A DNA stretch of 55,829 bases from Candidatus Aenigmatarchaeota archaeon (GCA_039090665.1 JAWCSL010000004.1:1-55829), one strand, 5' to 3'; numbered from the stretch's first letter, positions 37,959-48,639 are shown. Numbers and translations are program-made. Notes: generated by a model not told the origin, from the letters alone.

Positions 37959-38444
37959 ATGGGGGCTGAAGAGAAAAAGACAATCTACGATTTAGGTGAA
38001 GATAAAGAGGCGCTCCAACTCTTAGGTAAAGCAACTTTAATTCATACTCGAGAAGCGCTTTGTGGGGTACTATACCAGGTTGCATCTCTAGCAGGAAAAG
38101 AAAGAGAGTTCGACCAAATAGTTAATTATAACTGTATAAAAACTTTAGTCCCCTTGGGCTTTTCTCCGGATGGCATTGTTTTTACACTCACTAACATGGG
38201 GAGAATTTATTGGCGTATAGCGTCAATGGAATCATCTGAATGGGAAAGTGGGATAGAAGATTTGAGAAAACATATACAACTATTAGCAGATAATGGGATA
38301 GATTCGAAAATCGCAGGGGAAGTAATAAAGTTTATAGAAGACAGCAGGAATGCAATTCAAGAAAAATATAGAATGTTTAAGCGACAAAGAGGTTTGTTTG
38401 GATATTTGTTTAGGCTATACCGAGCTTTGCGACAATATATCTAG
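37959..38444 (+). CDS. hypothetical protein, antisense to the r-protein operon
   Basis: 161 aa with GAGGAG upstream; no recognised family. Confidence 0.7.
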   Translation: MGAEEKKTIYDLGEDKEALQLLGKATLIHTREALCGVLYQVASLAGKEREFDQIVNYNCIKTLVPLGFSPDGIVFTLTNMGRIYWRIASMESSEWESGIEDLRKHIQLLADNGIDSKIAGEVIKFIEDSRNAIQEKYRMFKRQRGLFGYLFRLYRALRQYI

Positions 38445-38586
38445 CTTTAAATTCAAACAACTTCCAAAAAACATTAGATCCTCAAAACTGTATTAATTCA
38501 CAATTATTTTTTCGGATTTGTGAAATCTACCTTTTTCACACCCCCATATCAACAATTATACCAGAATAACACTTTCTGATTTTTCC

Positions 38587-38847
38587 TTAAACAATTCCTA
38601 GCTTTGTCGCCACATCTCTGGCTTTAAATTCAGGTTTAAGTTTTATGTAAGCTTTCTTCTCTCCTTTAAAAGTTATTTCCGTGTTCACCTTTTCAACTTT
38701 AACTTCAAACAACTTTTCAAAAGCTTCTTTTATTTGCTTTTTATTTGCTTTTCTGTCTACAATGAAAACTATTTTATTCTCTTTATCAATCAATGCAACA
38801 GATTTTTCTGTGGTATAAGGATATTTTAAAATCTTGTAAGGATCCAT
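38587..38847 (-). CDS. rpl23: ribosomal protein uL23
   Basis: [19 protein letters not shown]. Confidence 0.96.
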   Translation of the reverse strand: MDPYKILKYPYTTEKSVALIDKENKIVFIVDRKANKKQIKEAFEKLFEVKVEKVNTEITFKGEKKAYIKLKPEFKARDVATKLGIV

Positions 38848-38848
38848 T

Positions 38849-39622
38849 TTACTTACCTCCCAATTTTTCTATTGCAGATTTTGCCCAAATCACAAGCCTT
38901 CCAGGCATTGCTCCTGGGGCAAGAACTTCAGCATTCAAGTTCTGAACTAAACAAACATCAACACCTAAATTCTTTGCAGCTTTGCTTATTCCTTTATCCT
39001 CAACAACAACTATTAAGGGACCAACCTTCTTTTTGTACTTCTTTCTTTTTATTTTTCTTTCTTTTATTCTTTCCAACTCTTTTTCCAAACCGATTTTTTT
39101 CAAAAAATTCAACAACTCTTTGCTTTTTTTCAATTCCTGAATTTTATCTTCAACTACAATTGGCAACTCTTTCACTTCTTCAACTTTATGACCTCTCTTC
39201 AAAACAACTTCTTTGTTGGCAGTTGCGGCTATCGCAGATCTTATTGCTTTCTTTCTTTCTTTATCATTTATCTTTTGATCCCAAACTTTCTCCACTTTGG
39301 GAGGATGAGCCTCCCTTCCTTTAACAGCTTGTGGTACAAACCTAGCTCTGAACATTTGCTGTAATGGGATTTTTCCATGTAATCGAGGCATCCTTGCCAT
39401 TTCTCTTGACATCATTGCCCAACGATGTCTTCTGTAACCATGATAGTGAGCAGAAGTTCTTTTTCCAGCCATAATATCGGTACCATAAGGCTGACGCTTG
39501 TTTGCTCGAATTGCCAAAAAAGCTCTCCTTATCAAATCTTCTCTCAAAGGCTCTTTAAAAACTTCTGGTAACTCTATTTTTTCTATTGAATTCCCTTGCA
39601 AGTCAAGGATGCTAACTTTCAT
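38849..39622 (-). CDS. rpl4: ribosomal protein uL4
   Basis: [23 protein letters not shown]. Confidence 0.95.
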   Translation of the reverse strand: MKVSILDLQGNSIEKIELPEVFKEPLREDLIRRAFLAIRANKRQPYGTDIMAGKRTSAHYHGYRRHRWAMMSREMARMPRLHGKIPLQQMFRARFVPQAVKGREAHPPKVEKVWDQKINDKERKKAIRSAIAATANKEVVLKRGHKVEEVKELPIVVEDKIQELKKSKELLNFLKKIGLEKELERIKERKIKRKKYKKKVGPLIVVVEDKGISKAAKNLGVDVCLVQNLNAEVLAPGAMPGRLVIWAKSAIEKLGGK

Positions 39623-40590
39623 TTAATCACTTCCTTTATTTCTGGGATTAAAAACTTGAGTTTCGGTGGTCTTATGGCTGCCCTAATTCTTATCAGCCTT
39701 TTTTTAGGTCCAGGGACTGAACCTTCTACTAAAATGTAATCACTCTTCACAACACCATATCTCGTGAAGCCTGAACTTGGTGTTATTTCTTTTCCATCTT
39801 CTCCAATTTTTAAAATTCTCTTGTTGAATTCAGTCCTTGTTTGAAAACCTAGTTGACCAGCCATAGGCACTGTATGTCTAACTTTTCCTGGCTCTTCTTG
39901 ACCCAAGCTTCCTACATGTCTACGCTTTTCTTTAGCGTGTCTTGACTGAATAAAAACACCAAATCTTTTAACCGGACCTTCAGTACCTTTACCTTTTGTT
40001 ACCGCAATGACATCAACATATTCACCTTGCTTAAAAACTTCAGAAACTTTTACATCTTTTCCAAGCATTTGTTTAGCGAATTCAAATTTCTCTTTTACAT
40101 CTTTTCCCCCAACTTCTATTTCAAAAATTTCTGGTTTTTTCTTCCCAACACCAGAATATCTTGGCTGAGTTGCAACTATCAACCTTATCTTTGAGATTTT
40201 TTCCAAATTCTTTTCAATCTCAGAAATTTTTTCTTCATTAGGCTTAACCTTAACTTTCCTTTCAATATCTTTTGGTAAATTTTTTGTCCAAACTTCTGTT
40301 AAAACTTGAAAACCTTTAGTCGTGAGTTTGTAAGCTCTTATGCCAATTACTCTTAAGGGCGGGCATTCTATCACAGTTGCTGGAGTTGCAACTTCTTGAC
40401 CAAAGGTCGGCGAATTTTTAACATTATCTATCAGAACAACTGTCAACATTCCGGCTTTATAGCCAGCAAAGTCAAGGAGCTTTGGTTTTTCTGTTTCTGG
40501 ATATGTGGAAACAGCTGGATAAATTCTTTTAGCCCTTTTCCTTGGATAAAAGGCTTGACTTCCTTTTTTCGGTCTTTTTATTGTTGGCAT
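39619..40590 (-). CDS. rpl3: ribosomal protein uL3
   Basis: PRKRA, GYKAGM, TKGKGTEGPVKRFG. Confidence 0.96.
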   Translation of the reverse strand: MPTIKRPKKGSQAFYPRKRAKRIYPAVSTYPETEKPKLLDFAGYKAGMLTVVLIDNVKNSPTFGQEVATPATVIECPPLRVIGIRAYKLTTKGFQVLTEVWTKNLPKDIERKVKVKPNEEKISEIEKNLEKISKIRLIVATQPRYSGVGKKKPEIFEIEVGGKDVKEKFEFAKQMLGKDVKVSEVFKQGEYVDVIAVTKGKGTEGPVKRFGVFIQSRHAKEKRRHVGSLGQEEPGKVRHTVPMAGQLGFQTRTEFNKRILKIGEDGKEITPSSGFTRYGVVKSDYILVEGSVPGPKKRLIRIRAAIRPPKLKFLIPEIKEVIK

Positions 40591-40666
40591 TTTTCTCCTC
40601 CTGAATTATAATGTTTTGTAGAGAAATAAATAAAAAGGTTTAAAGTTGGGATAAAAATAGATAATT

Positions 40667-41176
40667 ATGGAAGAAAAGCCTTGTGTGTTTTGCCAAATAG
40701 TTGCCAAGAGAATTCCTGCAAGAATTGTTTATGAAGATGAAAAATTCATGGCTTTCCTTGACATAAGACCTTTGAATCCTGGTCATACTTTGCTAATTCC
40801 AAAAAAGCATTATCGCTGGGTTTATGATGTTGAAAATTTTGAAGAAATGTGGAAAGCTGTGAAGAAAGTTACTGTTGCAATTCTTTCAGCTTTAAGCCCA
40901 ATTTCAGTTTCTTATGCAACTTTGGGTTTTGAAGTTCAACATGCTCACATCTGGATCATACCGAGGTTTGAAAATGATGGGCATGGTGGAGCAATAGACT
41001 GGATGGCAGTGAAAGAAATCCCTCCTCAACAAATGGACGAAATTGCCAAAAAGATAAGAGAAAAAATTCCAGAGGAGCCGAAGAAAGTTGAAGAGAAAAA
41101 AGAGGAGCCGAAAGAAGAAAAAGAAAGGAGTGAAGAAGAAATTTGGTTGATAAAAAGGGAGCTTGAGCTCACTTAG
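40667..41176 (+). CDS. HIT-family hydrolase with charged tail
   Basis: CVFC, GHTLLIPK, HAHIWIIPR. Confidence 0.92.
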   Translation: MEEKPCVFCQIVAKRIPARIVYEDEKFMAFLDIRPLNPGHTLLIPKKHYRWVYDVENFEEMWKAVKKVTVAILSALSPISVSYATLGFEVQHAHIWIIPRFENDGHGGAIDWMAVKEIPPQQMDEIAKKIREKIPEEPKKVEEKKEEPKEEKERSEEEIWLIKRELELT

Positions 41177-41835
41177 CTTTCATACAATTTTTCAATTAAA
41201 GGCAAAAGCTGAGAGTAGTTTTTGATTAAAAAACAATTCTTGTTATCAACTCTTTTCAAGTAGCTTTTTCTCTTTGGGTTAAAAACTACGCACTTAACCA
41301 AGCAGTAAGGATCGGCATCATCACCAACATAAATTATTTTCTCGTATCCTAAAGAAAATTTTTCAGCAATTTCTTCAATCATTTTCTTCTTCCTAGAAAA
41401 TCTGGAAATTTTTCCTGTCAATTTTCCTTCTTTTGATTCGATTTCATTTGAGCAAACAACATCAACACCTAGTAGCCCAGCAGCAACTCTTGGTTGAAAT
41501 TGAATGTTCTCTGAAACTATACCAACTTTAATTTCCCTTTCTTTAAGCTTTTTTATGGCATCCTCAACACCTGGAATTAAATAAAACTGAGTTGTTCTTT
41601 TAACATAATTTTCAATTTCATCGGCTCTTACACCCCTTAAACCATAAAGCAAAAGCAAGTAAGCAATTGGTTCCAGGAATGGTGGAAGTTTACCTTCGGT
41701 GTAGGCTTTTACGGCAAGGTTTGTGATTTTTCTCAATAATCTTGATGTGTTGAATTTTTCATAGCACTTGGAAGTATAGTCTCTTTTAGCTATTATTCCA
41801 TCGTAATCGAAAAGCACTAAAATTTCTTGAACCAT
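41173..41835 (-). CDS. HAD-superfamily hydrolase
   Basis: FDYDG, IVSEN, YVGDD. Confidence 0.8.
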   Translation of the reverse strand: MVQEILVLFDYDGIIAKRDYTSKCYEKFNTSRLLRKITNLAVKAYTEGKLPPFLEPIAYLLLLYGLRGVRADEIENYVKRTTQFYLIPGVEDAIKKLKEREIKVGIVSENIQFQPRVAAGLLGVDVVCSNEIESKEGKLTGKISRFSRKKKMIEEIAEKFSLGYEKIIYVGDDADPYCLVKCVVFNPKRKSYLKRVDNKNCFLIKNYSQLLPLIEKLYES

Positions 41836-41873
41836 AGTTTTAAAATAAAACATTAGCTATTTATTTTTAGCAA

Positions 41874-41948
41874 GCGCCGATGGTCCAGCCTGGTCTAAGA
41901 CCCGAGCCTTCCAAGCTCGAGACGCGGGTTCAAATCCCGCTCGGCGCA
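41874..41948 (+). tRNA. tRNA-Gly(TCC), no intron, CCA not encoded
   Basis: GCGCCGA/TCGGCGC acceptor stem, CGAGC-CTTCCAA-GCTCG, GCGGG-TTCAAAT-CCCGC. Confidence 0.97.
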
Positions 41949-41959
41949 CTTAATCCTAT

Positions 41960-43001
41960 GCTTCAATTCTCTTTCCAATTTATATCAAACCAAAAATCTT
42001 CTCACAAATTCTCAAATTTTCTAAACATTTATCTTTCAGTTTTTTTGAAGTTTTTTTCTATTTTAGCTAATTCTTAACACAAAAGCCTTTAACAATGTAA
42101 AAGACAATTTCTAGAATTTAGATAATTTCTCAAAATTATGGGAAGTTTTTCAATCAAAAACTCTGAATTCTTATTCAGACTTAAAATCAAGAAGCTGTGC
42201 TATAAACTTTCCGATTGTTGAAGATCCGCTTAATGTTGGGCCGCTAATCGATATCGAAATATCTTTTTTCGTTGAAATTTCTCTTAAGATATATTTGGGG
42301 GGAATTTGAAACTATGAACTTAATTACTTTGTTTAAAATTTTAGGATCATTGAATATCCAAAATCCAACATGTCCTTCTGGAATTATCAATGTCTTTACG
42401 CTTAACTTAAAGTTTTTAATAAAATTTTTTAGCTCTGATACTCTAATTAGAGTATCATATTTACCATGAATAAAAAAATGTCTTTAGATTCTAATTTTGG
42501 TTCATAAATCAAATCTAATAATTCCAATCTTTTTAATGGATTTTTAGAAATCTTAAAGACTGGATATTTTTTTCATCTTCTTGATAATAATATGCAAATG
42601 TTTTTTTAAACTTGAAATTTTAATTGGTGTAGAAATACAAACAATTTTAGAAACCTTCTTTGAGTTAAAAGCATGCAAACTTAAAAGTGCACCATAACTT
42701 ATTCCAACCAAAATTATTTCTTTGAACCTTTTTTCTAAATTTTTTACAATCTTACTAAGACTAGCCAAGCCGCCATAAAACGAAAACGAACCATAGTTAT
42801 TATAACATCCTTCATAATCGTATAGTACACAAGCAAAACCTAATTGTAATAATTTATATATCAGTGGGTTGGATGAATCTGGTTGCTGACCAATCATTCC
42901 ATACGAAAAAACAACACATTTTTTGTTAAATTTTTTAGGTACTAAAACGATGCAATAAATTTTTCCAAAATATTTCTCAATTTTCAAAATTTTTTTTCCA
43001 T
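41960..43001 (-). pseudogene. frameshifted alpha/beta hydrolase fused to a cytidylate-kinase-like P-loop domain
   Basis: GISYG elbow, FIHGKYD, EGH, then in frame ISISGPTLSGSSTIGKFIAQLL; several homopolymer frameshifts. Confidence 0.6.
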
Positions 43002-43091
43002 TTTCACTAAAATCTACCCTTATAAATCTCTTCTAATATTATTGATATTGGTTTAGGTACATAAGAAATTGGCAACAAATAAGTAACGATA

Positions 43092-43331
43092 TCACTTCAA
43101 TTTTTGAAGATTACTTCTGGAGCATAAAATTTTCCAATTTTTTCCTTCTCTTGCCAGATCATTGCTCCAACAATAAACACAACACAAATTATATCCAACA
43201 CAATCAACTGAAGCTATTCCACCATAGAATTTTGCTGGTATAAAACGATAGTATTTTCTAAAAAATTTTCTTCCCCCTTTTTCAGTTGTTTGCTCTTCAA
43301 CGATTTTTGATAGTTCTATAGCATCATACAT
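43092..43331 (-). pseudogene. truncated radical SAM protein
   Basis: RKYYRF..FYGGIASVDCVGYNLCCVYCWS (first Cys of CxxxCxxC replaced by Tyr), then frameshift and truncation. Confidence 0.75.
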
Positions 43332-43429
43332 AAGGAAGATTAGCCCAAGGAAGTTTTTAATTTTTTGTTAGCATAATCTTTTAATCTTTTTAAATCAAAC
43401 ATTCCTTAAACTATTGTATAGGTGAGAGC

Positions 43430-43816
43430 TTGAATAAAGACAATTTGGCAGATGCCTTATCAGCAATAAAGAATGCTGAAAGAGTTGGAAAGAGTGAATG
43501 TGTCACTCCTGCTTCTAAACTGATAAAAGCTGTATTGAAAATATTGCAAGAAAAAAACTATATAGGATCTTTTGAGTTCATTGATGATGGTAAGTCAGGA
43601 AAATTCAGGATAGAGTTGAAAGGAAAAATAATAGATTGTAATGCAATCAAGCCAAGGTTTTCTGTAAGAGTTGATGAATTTGAAAAATTTGAGAAAAGAT
43701 TTTTACCCGCAAGAGATATTGGAATTTTGATAGTCTCAACTTCAAAAGGAGTCATGGACCACAAAAAAGCTAAGGAGCTCAGAATAGGGGGTAAGCTTTT
43801 AGCTTATTGTTACTAG
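43430..43816 (+). CDS. rps8: ribosomal protein uS8
   Basis: [28 protein letters not shown]. Confidence 0.96.
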   Translation: MNKDNLADALSAIKNAERVGKSECVTPASKLIKAVLKILQEKNYIGSFEFIDDGKSGKFRIELKGKIIDCNAIKPRFSVRVDEFEKFEKRFLPARDIGILIVSTSKGVMDHKKAKELRIGGKLLAYCY

Positions 43817-43824
43817 TGGTTGTT

Positions 43825-44349
43825 ATGGTTTCGGCTGAAATAAAAATTCCAGAAAATGTGAAAGTTGAAATAGAAGGGAAAAAAGTAAAGGTTTCTGGTG
43901 AAAAAGGAGAACTTGAAAGAACTTTTGCTGAAAAAGGAATAAAAATAGAACTAACCGAAAGAAAAATCATTATCTCTTCTGAATCCAATAGGAAGAAGTT
44001 CAGGGCTTTGGTCGGTACGATTGCGGCTCACATAAAGAATATGATCGAAGGAGTTACAAAAGGCTTCACTTACAAGCTTAGGGTTGTTTATTCTCATTTT
44101 CCAGTTACAGTGAAAGTTGAAGGTGATAAAGTTCTGATTCAGAATTTTTTGGGTGAAAGGGTGCCAAGAGTTGCAAAGATTGTTGGTAAAACTCAAGTGA
44201 AAGTTGAAGGCCAAGAGCTTATTGTTTCAGGAATAAACATAGAAGAAGTTGGTCAGACTGCTGCGAACATAGAGCAAGCTTGCAGAATTGTAGGCTACGA
44301 TAGAAGAAAGTTCATGGACGGAATTTACATCGTGAGCAAAGGCGAATGA
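43825..44349 (+). CDS. rpl6: ribosomal protein uL6
   Basis: YSHFPVTV, NFLGE, DRRKFMDGIY. Confidence 0.96.
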   Translation: MVSAEIKIPENVKVEIEGKKVKVSGEKGELERTFAEKGIKIELTERKIIISSESNRKKFRALVGTIAAHIKNMIEGVTKGFTYKLRVVYSHFPVTVKVEGDKVLIQNFLGERVPRVAKIVGKTQVKVEGQELIVSGINIEEVGQTAANIEQACRIVGYDRRKFMDGIYIVSKGE

Positions 44350-44350
44350 A

Positions 44351-44782
44351 TTGAAGAGAGCAAGATTTCCAACAGTTGACATAATCATAGAAAAAGGTGA
44401 AAAAATAGTTTTGATAAAGAGGAAGAAAGAGCCATTTAAAGATAAGCTTGCACTACCTGGCGGCCATGTGGAAGAAAATGAAACTGTGGAAGAAGCTGCT
44501 GTAAGGGAAGCAAAAGAAGAAACTTCTCTTGATGTTAAGCTTAAAGGAATTCTAGGCGTTTATTCTGAACCAAGAAGAAATCCTCGCTACCCAACAATTT
44601 CAACAGTTTTCATCGCTGAGCCTCTGAATAAAAAAATTAAAGCTGGCTCTGATGCAGCAAAAGCTGAGTGGTTTGAATTGAAGAAAATTGATTTTAAAGA
44701 GCTAGGCTTTGATCATTCAAAAATTTTAAAAGATTATTTAAAATATAAGAAGAAAGGGGGAACTTACTGGTCTAAAAGGTGA
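44351..44782 (+). CDS. NUDIX hydrolase
   Basis: GGHVEENETVEEAAVREAKEETSL. Confidence 0.93.
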   Translation: MKRARFPTVDIIIEKGEKIVLIKRKKEPFKDKLALPGGHVEENETVEEAAVREAKEETSLDVKLKGILGVYSEPRRNPRYPTISTVFIAEPLNKKIKAGSDAAKAEWFELKKIDFKELGFDHSKILKDYLKYKKKGGTYWSKR

Positions 44783-44786
44783 TGCC

Positions 44787-45125
44787 ATGAATCCAAGGAA
44801 AAAGCCTGAGTTCAGGAGATGGTTGAGTGAAAGCTTGAAAAGGCTTAAGCCAAGCTGGCGAAGACCAAGAGGAATGCACAGCAAAATTCGTGTGAGAAAA
44901 AAAGGAAAACTGAAGATGCCAAGCGTTGGCTATGGTGCTCCTAAAAAGTTGAGGTATTTGCATCCTTCAGGCTTTCAAGAAGTTTTGGTTTCAAACTTGA
45001 AAGATTTGGAGAAAGTTGATGCTAGCAAGCAAGCGATAAAAATTGCCCACACCGTTGGTAAAAAGAAAAGAGCAGAAATTTTAAAGAAGGCTGAAGAGCT
45101 GAAGATAAAAGTTTTGAATCCTTAA
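44787..45125 (+). CDS. rpl32e: ribosomal protein eL32
   Basis: KPEFRR, WRRPRGMHSK, HPSG. Confidence 0.96.
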   Translation: MNPRKKPEFRRWLSESLKRLKPSWRRPRGMHSKIRVRKKGKLKMPSVGYGAPKKLRYLHPSGFQEVLVSNLKDLEKVDASKQAIKIAHTVGKKKRAEILKKAEELKIKVLNP

Positions 45126-45253
45126 AATTCTTCGAGATTCTGGTTAAATGGGGAAATATCGGAAATTTAACCCCAAAATAAGTAAATAAACCATTAATTT
45201 AACAATTCTTTAAGCATTTATCAATTATTCGCGAAAATCAAAATAATTATAAA

Positions 45254-46345
45254 GTGGGTGAAGAAAAATTGAAAACCGGAATAGCTGATTTGCCTCTCCA
45301 TTGGGGAATTGCTCCTAAATGGTTATTTGAAAAAATGGTTAAATTGGGTAAAGCTATTACAGAAATTGTTGTTCTGGAATATGGCAAAGATGATTTTTTA
45401 AGAAAAATATCAGATCCTTTCTGGCTTCAAGCTTTTGCTTGTGTACTAGGTTGGGATTTTCATTCTAGTGGATGTACTACTGTAACTTTAGGAGCTTTGA
45501 AAGAAGCAAACCTGAAAGAATTTGGGATTGCTGTTCTTGGTGGCAAAGGCAAAGCCAGCAGAAAAACTCCTCAAGAAATTGAAGCTTTGGCTGAAGAATT
45601 TTCTTTCACTGACAAAAAAATTGAAGAGTTGAAGAGAGCAAGCAAACTTGTTGCAAAAGTTGACAATACCGCTTTGCAAGATGGCTTCCAGCTTTACCAT
45701 CATTCTTTCATCGTAACCGAAGAAGGAAAGTGGGCCGTGATTCAACAAGGCATGAATCCGGAAAATAAATACGCAAGACGCTATCATTGGCTTTCAGAGA
45801 AAGTTAAGTGTTTTGTGAATGAACCACACTTGGCGATTTGTTGTGATATCAAAGGGAAATCACTGAATATGGTTGCAAAAGAGAGTGAAGAAACAAGAAA
45901 ATGTTCGGTCGACTTGATTAACGATAATCCCATTCACTTGAAAAAATATTTGGTTTTCAATAAAGAACAAAAAACAATTTTTAAGTACTTGCAAATGTCT
46001 CCAACTCATGAGATTGAGCTTGATAATTATAAAGCTCTCGAAGAAGCTTTCGAGCAACAACCAAAAAATTATGAAGAGCTCTTGCAAATTAAAGGCATAG
46101 GACCAAAAACAGTTAGAGCTTTAGCTTTAATAAGCAATTTAGTTTTTGGTACTGAGGTCAGCTGGCGAGATCCTGTTTGTTATTCTTTTGCTCATGGAGG
46201 CAAAGACAAACAGCCTTATCCTATTGATAGAAAAACTTACGATGAATCAATTAAATTGCTTCAAGATGCTATTCAGCAAGCAAAGCTTGGTCAAAAAGAA
46301 AAAATTGAAGCTATAAAAAGATTGAATTCTTTTTTGAAAATTTGA
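45254..46345 (+). CDS. DUF763 protein
   Basis: ADLPLHWG, DFHSSG, LQDGFQLYHH, HhH GIGPKT, FAHGGKD. Confidence 0.93.
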   Translation: MGEEKLKTGIADLPLHWGIAPKWLFEKMVKLGKAITEIVVLEYGKDDFLRKISDPFWLQAFACVLGWDFHSSGCTTVTLGALKEANLKEFGIAVLGGKGKASRKTPQEIEALAEEFSFTDKKIEELKRASKLVAKVDNTALQDGFQLYHHSFIVTEEGKWAVIQQGMNPENKYARRYHWLSEKVKCFVNEPHLAICCDIKGKSLNMVAKESEETRKCSVDLINDNPIHLKKYLVFNKEQKTIFKYLQMSPTHEIELDNYKALEEAFEQQPKNYEELLQIKGIGPKTVRALALISNLVFGTEVSWRDPVCYSFAHGGKDKQPYPIDRKTYDESIKLLQDAIQQAKLGQKEKIEAIKRLNSFLKI

Positions 46346-46442
46346 GGTTCTTGTTTGAAATCAAGATTTGAGTTAAAGGATTAATAAGGTTAAAATTCTT
46401 CTTAAAGTAATTAATTAATAAAGTTGCATTACCAAATAATAG

Positions 46443-46460
46443 CATACCGGTGTCGGTATG
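46443..46460 (+). promoter_or_regulatory. hairpin containing the rpl19e start codon
   Basis: CATACCG-GTGT-CGGTATG. Confidence 0.45.
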
Positions 46461-46880
46461 TCAAACTTACAGAAAAAGCTGGCAGCTCAAATATTGAAGG
46501 TTGGTATGAGTAGAATTTGGCTAGACCCGAGCAAGCAGAAAGAAATAGAGTCAGCTATAACAAAAGCTGACATAAGAAAGTTGATACAGAAAGGTTACAT
46601 TAAAGTTTTACCAGAAAAAGTTCCAAAACCAAGAGAAAAGAAAAGGAAAAGGAAAGGACCAGGAAGCAGGAAAGGTGCCAAAGGAGCAATAATGCCTGAA
46701 AAGAGAAGATGGATTTCAACTGTAAGGCCGTTAAGAAAAATGCTTAAGGAATTGAGAGATCAGGGAAAAATTGATAGACCAACTTACCGTATGCTCTATA
46801 GGCTAGTTAAAGGAGGAATGTTTAGAAGCAGGAGTCACTTGAGAATTTATTTAGAGCAACACGATTTGATAAAGAAGTGA
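46458..46880 (+). CDS. rpl19e: ribosomal protein eL19
   Basis: QKKLAA, RIWLDP, GPGSRKG, KGGMFRS. Confidence 0.96.
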   Translation: MSNLQKKLAAQILKVGMSRIWLDPSKQKEIESAITKADIRKLIQKGYIKVLPEKVPKPREKKRKRKGPGSRKGAKGAIMPEKRRWISTVRPLRKMLKELRDQGKIDRPTYRMLYRLVKGGMFRSRSHLRIYLEQHDLIKK

Positions 46881-47401
46881 GTAAAATGAAGCTAAAACCA
46901 ACTTACAAAATGCCTTTCAAGAGAAGAAGATTAGGTAAAACAAATTATAAGAAAAGGTTGAAACTTTTACTCTCTAAAAAACCAAGACTAGTTGTGAGGA
47001 GAAGTTTGAAGTATGTGCTAGCGCAAATAATAGAATTCTCTCCAAAGGGAGATAAAACATTAGTTGCAGCAAGTTCAAAAGAATTAAAAAAACTTGGTTG
47101 GGATTTTGCTTGTGATAACTTACCGGCGGCATATTTAACTGGCTTGCTTATTGGTAAAAAAGCTCTGGCAAAAGGAATAAAAGAAGCTATTTTAGATTCT
47201 GGTCTTTATTCTTCAACCAAGGGCAACAGAATTTTTGCTGTTGTTAAAGGAGCAAGGGATGCTGGGCTTGAAGTCCCAGTTGATGAAGAAATTTTACCAA
47301 CTGAAGAAAGAATTAAAGGCATGCATATAGCAAACTATTTAGAAAAGTTTAAATCTATCCCAGAGAAATTTGAAGAAATCAAGAAGAAAATATGTGGTTA
47401 A
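46877..47401 (+). CDS. rpl18: ribosomal protein uL18
   Basis: [23 protein letters not shown]. Confidence 0.96.
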   Translation: MSKMKLKPTYKMPFKRRRLGKTNYKKRLKLLLSKKPRLVVRRSLKYVLAQIIEFSPKGDKTLVAASSKELKKLGWDFACDNLPAAYLTGLLIGKKALAKGIKEAILDSGLYSSTKGNRIFAVVKGARDAGLEVPVDEEILPTEERIKGMHIANYLEKFKSIPEKFEEIKKKICG

Positions 47402-47402
47402 A

Positions 47403-48176
47403 ATGGCTGAAGAAGAAAAAGAAGAAATAGAAGAGGAGATACAAACTTTACCTGAAGAAGTCAAAGAAATAGAGAAAATGCCGACAGAAGAAGAAATTCC
47501 TGTCACTGAAGAGTTGGGAATAGTAGCTCCAAAACCACTTGAAAAATGGCAACCAAGAACAAGTTTAGGTAGAGAAGTTTTTGAAGGCAAAATCACTAGT
47601 ATAGAAGAAATTCTTGAGCAAGGTAGGATAATCAAAGAACCAGAGATAGTTGACAAGCTTTTACCGAATTTAAAAAATGAAATAATTCTGGTGGGAAGAA
47701 GAACGGGTAAAGGAGGAGGAGCTCAGAGAATTCCTGTGAGGATAACAGCAACCATGACCAAATCTGGAAGGAGGTTTAGAAGCTCAGCTTTCTCTGTTGT
47801 TGGAAATGAAAATGGAATTGTGGGTATAGGTAAAGGCACTGCTGTTGAACCAAGAGATGCTATAGCAAAATCCATACAGAAAGCTAAACTTAATTTGATT
47901 AAAATTAAGCGTGGTTGTGGAAGTTGGGAATGTGGTTGTGGTGAAGAACATTCGATTCCCTTCAAGACTGAAGGTAAATGTGGTTCAGTAAGAGTTATAC
48001 TTATGCCTGCTCCAAAAGGCGTTGGATTGGTTGCTGACGATGAATCAAAAAAGATCTTAAGGCTTGCTGGCATAAAAGATGTTTGGGTAAAAACTTTTGG
48101 AAATACTAGTATGAGGATAAATTTGATAACAGCTATTTATAATGCTTTGAAAAAGCTTTACATTTATGACAGGTGA
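47403..48176 (+). CDS. rps5: ribosomal protein uS5
   Basis: WQPRTSLG, RGCGSWECGC, PAPKGVGL. Confidence 0.96.
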   Translation: MAEEEKEEIEEEIQTLPEEVKEIEKMPTEEEIPVTEELGIVAPKPLEKWQPRTSLGREVFEGKITSIEEILEQGRIIKEPEIVDKLLPNLKNEIILVGRRTGKGGGAQRIPVRITATMTKSGRRFRSSAFSVVGNENGIVGIGKGTAVEPRDAIAKSIQKAKLNLIKIKRGCGSWECGCGEEHSIPFKTEGKCGSVRVILMPAPKGVGLVADDESKKILRLAGIKDVWVKTFGNTSMRINLITAIYNALKKLYIYDR

Positions 48177-48639
48177 AAAAATGTTCGCTGTTGTAAGGAT
48201 AAGAGGTGAGGCTGGTTTGAGAAAAGAAATAAGAGATACTTTGAAGATGCTCAGACTTAAAAATCCAAACAATTGTGTGATTGTACCGGAAACAGAAAGT
48301 TACAAAGGTATGTTGCAAAAATGTAAGGATGTTTGTACATGGGGGGAAATAGAAAAAGCTACATTGGTAAAACTCTTGCAAAAAAGGTTAAGGGCTGAAG
48401 GAGAAAAAAGAGTTGATGAAAAAATTTTGAAAGAGATAACTGGCTTTAACAATTTTGAAGAATTTGCAGATGCTCTGATTTCCGGTAAAGTTAAGTTGAA
48501 AGATTACAAAAAACTTAAACCTGTTTTTAGATTAACACCCCCAAGCAAAGGATTTAAATCTGTGAAGGAGCCTTGGCCTAAAGGCGACTTGGGTTATAGG
48601 GGAAAAGAAATAAATGAATTGCTAGAGAGGATGATTTAA
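48166..48639 (+). CDS. rpl30: ribosomal protein uL30
   Basis: AVVRIRG, FRLTPPSKG, LGYRG. Confidence 0.95.
   Translation: MTGEKMFAVVRIRGEAGLRKEIRDTLKMLRLKNPNNCVIVPETESYKGMLQKCKDVCTWGEIEKATLVKLLQKRLRAEGEKRVDEKILKEITGFNNFEEFADALISGKVKLKDYKKLKPVFRLTPPSKGFKSVKEPWPKGDLGYRGKEINELLERMI

Noticed and set aside
41880-42077. 65-aa ORF
   Set aside because: Starts inside tRNA-Gly.
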